Positions 32,256-64,000 of a DNA stretch of 64,000 nt are shown here, piece after piece. Positions within the stretch are counted from its first letter, which is position 1. Each line of letters starts with the position of its first letter. This DNA is from the human T2T-CHM13v2.0 reference genome, Homo sapiens: NCBI RefSeq assembly GCF_009914755.1, contig NC_060928.1. One strand, written 5' to 3'. The position numbers and the translations under genes were made by a program. The notes below the pieces were generated by a model. That model did no database searches and was not told the origin of the DNA. It saw only the letters and a list, made by a program, of their open reading frames with translations.

Positions 32256-32544
32256 TTAATTTCCATTTTTAAAGTAAGCTTAGGAAGAACAAACATAAGG
32301 CCTATTTTTCCGGTAGAAAGTAGTTTGGGTCAGGTTGTAAAATACAAATGTTAACAACTGAGAAGTAGGCAGTGAAGTCAAGTCCAAACAGACGATACCA
32401 AAAAAGGGGCTCATAATATTCCTTAGGTGTCTCTGTGAGACTCCTGGGCTAGGTGTACTCAATGTTACAAGCCTCCTTATCCGTATGGTCATTAGGCGGA
32501 AATTCCCCAGGTGGCAGGTACTAGCAGGTCAAATGCTTAAATAT

Positions 32545-32735
32545 AATGCCCTTTGGAGTCACAAAGACCAAGGTTGCTATCTCCACACTACCACTTAACT
32601 AGCTCAGTGAGCCTGGGCAAATTTATCAGCCACTTGACTTTTTTATCTGTAAAGTGGAAAAATGCCTACCTCTCAAAATTTTTGTGCAGAACAACTTACA
32701 TAATGTAGGTAATGAACTTAGTACAGTGCCTGTCC
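32545..32735 (+). mobile_element. MIR
   Basis: tttggagtcaca...cctgggcaaattt...atctgtaaagtgg. Confidence 0.7.
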
Positions 32736-33344
32736 CCCTGAAAATTACAATTACAATATAAAACGCATTTGTATATGTAATTGAGTAGTAGATATTTGTT
32801 TACTCTATTGGTTTAGCTAAAGGCTTTAAGCATATGAAACTCCTTTGTCAGATGGAATGTCAACTTTTTAAAACTTAAATGAGTGCAAATTTTTAACACA
32901 AGTTCCAAATGTAGAAGGGACATTCCCTATTTGCGGTTAATTCTAAAATGAAGCTACCTTTAGAATGATCCTTCTGTAGGATCCAGAAATAACCAAGCGG
33001 CCTAGCCCCTAGATTCTAGCAACTGACAGAAAACTAGGTGGAGGTTTCCCATTCTTCCTTGTCTTCTTACTCCAGCGGGCTTCTGTATCCACTCTAGATT
33101 GAATAGGGGATGTTTTGTGTAGAGATGGGCCTTCTCTCTTCCAGTCCAACTCTGAAGTAACCGCCCCTTACCCAAGCTTTCTTTAAACTGGAATAACGCC
33201 AGCAGAAGAATGTAGTAGGTGTGCTTCAAGTGTCCTCAAATAATTCCCGCAGCTTCCAGAATCCTTGCAATAGCCCGCTGGACCATCTGCGGCAATTCCA
33301 CCCACTTCCACGCACCTGCTCTTCTTTCTAACCCCAGTACGCAA

Positions 33345-33470
33345 TCCTGCAGCCCCGCCCCCACAGCTGACCAATCAGAGGGCGCAAAGTGAGTCGGATG
33401 GGGCGGGCCCAGTTTGGCGCTGACGACGAATCACCTGCCTCAGACAGCAGGGGCGGAAGCGGAAAAGAGC
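33345..33470 (+). promoter_or_regulatory. TATA-less CpG-island-type promoter of TMEM184C
   Basis: GC boxes (~33352-33362, ~33400-33407), NF-Y-type GACCAATCAG (CCAAT 33371-33375), TGACG half-CRE (33421), tandem ETS-like GCGGAAGCGGAAA (~33453-33465); CpG-rich DNA continues to ~34150. Confidence 0.85.
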
Positions 33471-33525
33471 TGAAAGTCTTGGTTTGGCCTTGGGTTCCGC
33501 TGTAGGGGAGGTCCCGTGCGAAAGA

Positions 33526-50521
<16,996 letters not shown>

Positions 50522-50776
50522 ACAGTATGGAAAAGCAAACTGTGCAACTACTACATTATATCATTACCTGGTATCCCATGGATTTTGTGCTTGGGACAGA
50601 CCATAAATGATGGAAAATGTCAACACAAAAATAGCTGAAAGCCAGGTACAACTACTGCATTTATATATGTAAGTTTTGTATATCAAAAATAATTGGTCTA
50701 AATTTCCTAGACTTAGACTTGATTTCTTAACATTAGGGTATCGCATACTCAAATGGTAGACAATGACCCCAACTAA

Positions 50777-51107
<331 letters not shown>

Positions 51108-51284
51108 AAGAATGGACATTTTTTAAAAAAACATCAGTACTTCCTACCACTGCTGCATGAGTATAATGCTCCGGAATTATCAGAAAGCATAATGCAGAAA
51201 TACGAATTAGTGGAACTTAATCATGTGCCATATAAGCTTACCTAACAAACAGTTATATCCCTATTCCTCAACTGAATGTCTTTC

Positions 51285-51290
51285 AATAAA
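51285..51290 (+). terminator. Candidate polyadenylation signal of TMEM184C
   Basis: First AATAAA I found after the 3' UTR Alu, followed by U-rich sequence; another AATAAA at 51608-51613. Confidence 0.6.
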
Positions 51291-51805
51291 TAAGAATTTA
51301 TCATTTATTTTCTGCAACTTTTTTATGTCTCATTCTTTAAACATTAAAAACCCTTAATATTTTAACAAAAATTTCTTGATTAGAGGCACAGTGAAAAAGA
51401 AGTCAAAAAAAAAAGTTCTACTTTTCATCAGTGCTATTAAAGGTGGCAGCAAATGTAAATCTTGGCTGAATGGTCTTAATTACTCATTAAACCACAGTCA
51501 GAAAGACATATAGGTGCTATTTGGGAAAACTTTTTATTACCTAGGATGGGGTTTCTCTAATTGCTAATCACAACCCCACTGGGTCATGTTTGACATTTTA
51601 TAATGAAAATAAAACAGAAAGTGCCACAGTATGTTACAGAAAGCAAAGATGAGTATTGTTTCTCAAAGCCTTTGCTTTATGTATTTATACACATACTCAT
51701 TCATATCTATCTATATATATAGAGAGAGATAGTGGTTCACAGTAATCATACAAAGTCTTTATTCCATCCACTATTATAAACATTTCTATTAAAACTAAAA
51801 CTGGG

Positions 51806-53778
51806 CTCTATGTAAAAACCCCAAAGATACACACACAAAAAAAATCTGTTTGTTAGAACTCAAGTGAATTCAGTAAAGTTGCAGAATACAAAATCAACAT
51901 ACAAAAAGCATTAGCATTTTTATACATAAATAATGAAAATAATGACCTAACTGAAAAATTAAGATGCCATTTATGATAGCATAAAAAAAATACTTACTTA
52001 GGAATAAATTTAACACCAAGGCAGTAAAAGATCTGTATGTACACTGAAAACTATGAAACACTGATGAAAGAAAGACACAAATAAATGGAAAGGTATCCCG
52101 TGCTCATGGATCAGAATAATACTGTTAAAATGGTCACACTACCCAAAGCAATTCAGAATCAATGCAATCCTATCAAAATTCCAATGGCATTATTTACACA
52201 AACAGAAAAAAATCCTAAAATTCATATGTAACGATAAAAGACCCTGAATAGGCAAAAGAATACTGAGGAAAAAATGTTGGAGACATCACATTTCCTAATT
52301 ATAAATTATACTACAAAACTATAGTAATCAAGACAGTATGGTACTGGTATAAAAACACATACACAGGCCAGTGGGACAGAAGAAAGAGTCCAGATATAAA
52401 TCCAAACATACACAGTCAACTAATTTTTGACAAAGACACCAAGAAGACACATCGGGGAAAGAACAGTCTTCATTAAGTGTTCTTAATAAAGATGCTGGGA
52501 AAACTGCACTTCCACATGCAAAACAATGAAATCAGACCCTTATCTTAGACCTACACAACAATCAATTCAAAATGGATAAAAGACCTAAATGTAAGACCAG
52601 AAACTATAGAAGAGAACATAGGAGAAAAGTTCCTGGACACTGACCCTTGGCAATGATTTTTTGGATATCACACCAAAAGCTCAGTCAACAAAAACAAAAA
52701 CAAATGTGACTACATCAAACCAAAAAGCTTCTGACAGTAAAAGAAACAGTCAACAAAATGAAACAGTAGCCTACAGATTGAGTAAAAAATATTTGTAAGG
52801 CATATATATGGAAAAGGGTTAGTATCCAAAATTTATAAAGAATTCATACAACTCAATTTTAAAAATGGGCAAAAGACCTGAAAAGACATTTCTCCGAAGA
52901 CGACACACAGATGGCCAACAGGTATATAAAAGGGTGCTCAACATAATTAATCATCAAGGAAATGCATATAAAAACCACTCGAAGTACTACCTCTCACCAG
53001 TTAGGCTAGCTGTTATCAAAAAAAACAAAAGACAACAAATGTTGTGATGGTGTGGAATAAAAGGAACTCTGTGCACTGTTGGTGGGAATGTAGATTGGTA
53101 CAGCCATTATGGAAAACAGAATGGAAGTTTCTAAAGAAAAATAAAACTACCATACGATCCAGCAATCCCTCTTCTGGGCATATACTCAAAGTAAATGAAA
53201 TCACCACCTTGTAAATATATCTGCAGTCCGTGTTCATTGCAGCATTATTCATAGTAGCCAACATGGAGACAACTGAAGTGTCCGTTGACAGATGAATAAA
53301 GAAACTGTGTATATATATGCCTACACACAATGGAATATTATTCATCCCTAAAAAAAAAAAAACCAACGATATCTTGCCATTTGCTACAACATGGATGGGC
53401 CTGAAGGACACTGTGCTAAATGAAATAAGCCAGACAGAAAAAAAGATACTGCATAATTTCACATATATGTGGAATCTAAAAAAAAAATTTAAATATATAA
53501 AGAGCAAAACTGGTTATAGGGGGATAGGGAGAAATGGGGAATGTAGGTCAAAGGATTCAAGGTAGCAGATATGTAGGATGAATAAGTCTAGAGATCTATT
53601 GTACAACATGAGGATTTTAGGTAACAAATTTGTACTGTATTTGGGATTCATGGTAAATGAGTAGATGTCAGCTGCTGTTGTCAAAAACAAAAAATATGTG
53701 GGTAACTGAGATGATGGATATGTTAATTTGCTTCACATTGTATACCTTAAATGTATGCAATAAAATTTATTTTAAAAA
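51806..53778 (+). mobile_element. 5'-truncated L1 (L1MA-like), decayed ORF2 end plus 3' UTR
   Basis: gaattcagtaaagttgcagaatacaaaatcaacatac and later L1 motifs; possible TSD taaaactggg / taaagctggg. Confidence 0.9.
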
Positions 53779-53896
53779 TAAAGCTGGGTAGTATAATAAT
53801 AGAGGTAACAAGAACGGGTAGTCTGGAGCAAAGATCCGTCTTATTTGTGACTTACAAAGAGCACGCAGTGTATAGGAGGCATAATAATGATCTTCC

Positions 53897-53902
53897 TTTA
53901 TT
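53897..53902 (-). terminator. Candidate distal polyadenylation signal of PRMT9
   Basis: TTTATT on + strand (AATAAA on -); others at 54072, 54466 and 54492. Confidence 0.5.
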
Positions 53903-54619
53903 TCAAAAGTTTGTAAAAATTGGATCAATTAATGTACTTATTGTACATCCAAATCAAAACTTTGAAAAATAGTATAGGATTAAGTCTTCCTTCAATTTAA
54001 CTTTGTTTTGTTACCAGCTTTTAAATGTTCTTTTGCCAAAGTAGACCAAGAAAAATGCTGCCTCCTGAAGATTTATTCCCTAACTCCTTTACTGTTTTAA
54101 TTACATTTAGCTTATAGCTTAAATTCTTTTTCAAGCTTGCATTCTCAAAACAAAACCTGAGATGTTTCAGATGTACACTGAGTATTTAAAGGAAGCAAGA
54201 TTGGAATTTACAGGTAACCATAACCCTCAGTCTTCAGTGGAAGCCTTTCAGTGTTTCCCAATTACAAGTTTGGATTTAAGAAAAAAGGCCAAGATGCCTA
54301 CAAAAGTAAAGTTTTGCTTTACTTACACATGTCAATAACGATAAGACTTTTAAAATCCCTATTCTGTAAAATCGAGCAAAAGAAGTTTCCTAATTTAAAA
54401 AACTAGTGATGTATCCTTTTCCAGAAAGCAAATCTGCAGCAGTATTTCTATAATAATGCTACCCTTTTATTTAGAATCTTTTAAAATATGCTTTATTAAT
54501 GTCAATTTTAAAAAATATTTGACCATTACAAGGAATTTTTATATACCCCCACTAATTAAGACAAGAATTTTGTACTTGTTGATGCTCTATTTACACAGTT
54601 TTCATTGGAAAACTGCTCT

Positions 54620-54835
<216 letters not shown>

Positions 54836-55008
54836 CTATGAAAATAAAGAAATTAGGAAAATATCAGAGTGCATAGAGTAGACTTAGATAAGTCTCTTTT
54901 TAGTTACTTTTAAATACAAAAATTTAAAATACATTTCACTAGATTTAAATCTTTAAAGTAGCTAAAAGTATGTATAAAAGTATTACCTAATTTAAGATAA
55001 TTATTCTA

Positions 55009-55170
<162 letters not shown>

Positions 55171-55623
55171 CTAGAGAAAGTATAAATTTTTCACTTTCAC
55201 TTTTTCTTTTTGTGGTCAGGGCTCAAGTTTTTCACTTTTACACATTCCTTTTGTGGTCAGGGATTGCTTTGTACTTGACTCAATAGTACTTGATAGAATG
55301 CTTTTTACATTACCTCCTTTATATTCCCACATCAAGCTAAGGCTGGCTTTCATTAGAACTTTCATTGTTCCAGTACAAAAAGAATGAACAAACCAAGGTT
55401 TAGGCAGGTTAGATAATTTGCTCTGGTTTCCATTACCTGTAGATCTTTCATTTGGATGAGAGCAGATTAAATTTTTTCTTAAGCCAAACAGCTCTAAAAT
55501 TTTTAACCCAAGGATTTGCTTATGAAATAATGGTACAACACTAATTGAATTGTCTCAGAAATGATGCCAGATTCAATCAAACAATAGTTGATTTCATTTG
55601 GAAAATAAGTTTATTTCCAGAAG

Positions 55624-55762
55624 GCAGTGGCTCTCAATCTTGGCTGCAAATTAAAATCACCTGGGGAGGTTTTTAAAAGCCCAGCTGTTCAGGCCACACC
55701 CCAAACCATCTGGCATTAGGATCCCCAGATGTTTCCAATGTACAAAGTTGTGAATCACTATT
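55624..55762. mobile_element. MER5A-like hAT MITE
   Basis: cagtggctctcaatcttggctgcaaattaaaatcacctgggga. Confidence 0.75.
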
Positions 55763-56147
55763 AAGTGTTCTATCAAGTTTAGTAGCAACTGAATGCTACT
55801 ATTAATACTAATGATTTTTAGCCTCATCCTCATTTGAAACAAAGGAAACTGTCATTTAAAAACCACTTTTCCTTGTATAAGGCGAAACAGGACACAGATA
55901 CATTCACCTCTCCCTGGGCATCCTTGAAAGCATCCAGCCTTTATTCCCCATAAAAACTCAACAGTAACCCCACACCATTTCTAAGACTCCTTGTTATGCC
56001 TTTTGTTCCTATTTTTACATCAAACCAGAAGAAGCCTTAGATTCTCATGTCACCTCTTATCACCTGCCTCCTAATCCCCACACTGCTGAACCCATACCTC
56101 ATAGTCGGCCCCCACTTTTATTTCTCACACTAACTGGTCCACTCCTG

Positions 56148-58687
<2,540 letters not shown>

Positions 58688-58867
58688 TAGGTTGATTTTT
58701 ACCTATAATAAGTTCCTTTGTTCTAGGAACTTATTATAGGTAAAAATCTAAGTCACTGTGATTAATCCAGCTAAACTTTAGTCACTGTGTTTAGCTAGAT
58801 TAAACAGTGACTAAAGAGAGAGCGATGGTAGACTGTTCAACAGCATCCTGGTTGAACTTCTCCTCTA

Positions 58868-59385
<518 letters not shown>

Positions 59386-59660
59386 CCCTTTGTAATCCCC
59401 TACATTGTATAAACATCAGTAACTAAGAATCATGATAAATTAGTAAAGAGCTACAGATTACATAGAGTCTAATGGACTTTCTGTTATTCATGGCTGGTAT
59501 TTCAGAATAGTAAACCACTAGAAATAATTTCCCAAGTCAAAGTAACTACTGATCAGTGAAAGAGAAAAATGACAGGTTAGCTATTTAAATGGACACACGT
59601 CTTTAGATTCAGGAAAGAGTCATCAATGGATGCTAAAACTAGTAGGTCAAAGTTTGATTA

Positions 59661-60450
<790 letters not shown>

Positions 60451-62949
60451 AAATGCAAAATTTAAAAAAAAAAAAAAGTCCAAATACTCTAATACTGGAG
60501 GAGAGAGAGTCAAGGGTTAACAAAATCCTTTCTCTTCCTACGTTGACCTTGGGTTTACCTTCTCTTTCCCTGAAAATCTTATAAGAATAGAATGTCAGCT
60601 GTGTTTATCAGGAACACTGCTTATGGTTAAAAAAAAAAAAAAAAAAAAAAAGAATGCCTCTTAATAGGTAGACTATATCTGGATGGAGAGAACTACGAAC
60701 AAAGGATAAATGCCTGACGGGAACCCATACCACATGTGGGCTTCCCTGAGAGTGTAACCAGGTGTTCATATTGCTAGGCCGTGGAAGCTGTGCCCATGGG
60801 AGAAGAGTTGCTATATGAAGCTAAGGGCTGTTAAGTCAAGGCAGCTTCCACACCTACCTATGTAATCTTGTTTCCTCACACCTGAGCTATGTGCTATGTG
60901 TGAAGGGAGAGAAGGGTGGGTGGGCCACCTACTGACATCCAGTGAAATGGAGGTGGAGGATACTTTAAACCAAATAATTATTTTCATTTGCCACATTTAC
61001 AATCAAATGTCAAATCTACATTTTTACTGAATATTCCAAGCTTGTTCCTACTTGAATTTCTAGAACAGGATACTAGGCAGGTGAACTTTATATTATCATA
61101 TGTACATTTCACAGTATGTTTTTACTCCTAAGTTAAATAGAGTAAGAATCCACTTATAAAAATACAGAACTAAACATTTCACCAACACATTTTTTCATAT
61201 CTTAAAAAGTAATTCATATACATTTCCAAAATTATATACTATGTAGTCTCCCTAAATAGATCATTAAAACCTAAACAAGCTAAGCTATAAAACACCCCAT
61301 TCCTCAAAACTACTTTGGCACTACTGCTCTTGAATTAGATTTAAATTAATTCTCTGGTCTCTTACTAAACTGATTATCTCAATTTTATAACCACTTAAAA
61401 GATATCTAAAGCAAGGACAATTAAATTATAATGACAAGACATGGCAACTAAATGCAATGTAAGACTCTTGATTAGAACTAGACTGGGAAGAAAAGCAATG
61501 AAGAATATTACTGGGGTAATGGAAAATTTTAATATGCACTATATATTATATAATAGTGTTTTATCAATGTGAAATATCCTGAGTGATAATTTTATTGTGA
61601 TATGTAGGGGAAAACATTTGTTCTTAGGAAACACATGCTAAATACTAAAGAAAATATGAAGTTTATGATGCCAGCAATCAACTATCAAATGGTTCAGTAA
61701 ACTAAACAATAATCTAGTGTTCTCTGTTATTATTCTTGCAATTTTTCCTAAGTTTGAAAATTTTCAAAATAATACATTTGAGGAAAAGTTAACAAGGAAA
61801 CAGTCTGCTCTTGTAACAGCTCACTCTCTCCTAAAGACAAGCTAACCGGAAGCCATATCCCCAGCCGTGATGTGAGGAGCACAGATTCAGCAAGGAAAGT
61901 TAGAGATGACTCCTAAGTGTAATGGCACCAGACTGATAAAGATAAGTCATGTTCCTGAACCAGGATAATCTCTCTTTACCCACTAAATGTAACGACATGA
62001 TCCTTCTGAGTTGTAATAAATCCTATATTCATAAATTAGCCTAAAAATGGACTCCACCCTGACCCCAGTGCTTTACTCATTGTTGCTATTCCTTTCCTAT
62101 CAACTTTTTGTCATAATAGGTAGTCTGGTAGAAATTCAGTCTCCACAGTTAGTGAAATTTCACACATCTTAATAAGATTGCACAGCTCTTAACCAAATTG
62201 CAATCTATGCCTTTACCAAACTGGCTAAAATTTTATGTCTTCCCAAATCACTGGAAAAATCTTTTTTCCTCAAAAGGATCAAGTTTAATCCTGAAAACTC
62301 ATGTTATTATCTGAACAACTGAAGTTATCTGCTAACTGTGATCCATTTAAGTGAAGATCAGATCTAATTTTCTTCAAGATCACAAAGGTCTCTGAAAGGA
62401 GAGACTAGCCACAGAACTTTATGTTGCTTGACTAACAACCCTCCACTCCCCAAATAGCCAAAGAGGTATCATTCTATGAAATTAGCAAGCTAAAAAAGCA
62501 CACAGGTTAATAAAAGCTAACCTTGTAGCTATGTAATCTATGGGAGAAAGAGAGTTGGAGAACGATACCATGTGAGTCACTTAGGTAGTCTTAGGAACCA
62601 TTTCTATTTATAAAACATAGGTTGAGCCCAGGAAGTCAAGGCTGCAGTGAGCCATGATCATGCCACTGCACTCCAGCCTGGGTGACAGAGTAAGAGCCTG
62701 CCTAAAAAAAATAAAAATAAAACTTCTGACACAAAGTGGTGGTGGGCTGGGGAGGGGGGGGAGGGGGGTGCAGGGAGGAGGTTCCCACCCCAAAAAAATT
62801 CTCAGACACCTTTTGAGTGTACTACAATTCAAATCAATTCTGACACTACCTGGAGTTAGCATCAGGTGCTATAAAAGCTCAGTCCCACATGAATGCCCCC
62901 AGTTCTGATGCCAATTGTAGGTCCTAGTACTTTTGGCCATCTATAAATC

Positions 62950-63990
<1,041 letters not shown>

Positions 63991-64000
63991 AATCAAGGGT

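Noticed and set aside
53016-53565. 163-aa and 82-aa ORFs between the genes
   Set aside because: Antisense and sense translations of the decayed L1 3' end.

Overview
Primate (almost certainly human) genomic DNA, not a prokaryotic accessory region. The first ~33 kb is intergenic and dominated by transposon fossils (Alu, L1, MIR, MaLR/ERVL LTRs, an ERVL pol remnant, DNA transposons). A CpG-island-type promoter at ~33.3-33.5 kb drives a complete 10-exon TMEM184C gene on the + strand. I spliced it by hand through GT-AG junctions into 1317 nt (438 aa + stop; ATG 34041, TGA 50519-50521). Convergent with it on the - strand are the last three coding exons and 3' UTR of PRMT9, with a ~2 kb L1 filling the gap between the genes. 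I see no self-contained new multi-gene system. The best leads are: (1) a TMEM184C 5' leader with four uORFs and a candidate cryptic intron that would fuse two of them; (2) two cryptic splice sites that both give the same alternative, NMD-escaping C-terminus; (3) receptor-like sorting and phosphorylation motifs in the tail of this poorly understood membrane protein; (4) a near-identical Alu-derived 131-bp tandem array; (5) an apparent templated-insertion mosaic at 13.5 kb. Gene and repeat names come from my recognition of the sequences, not from database searches, and repeat boundaries are approximate.
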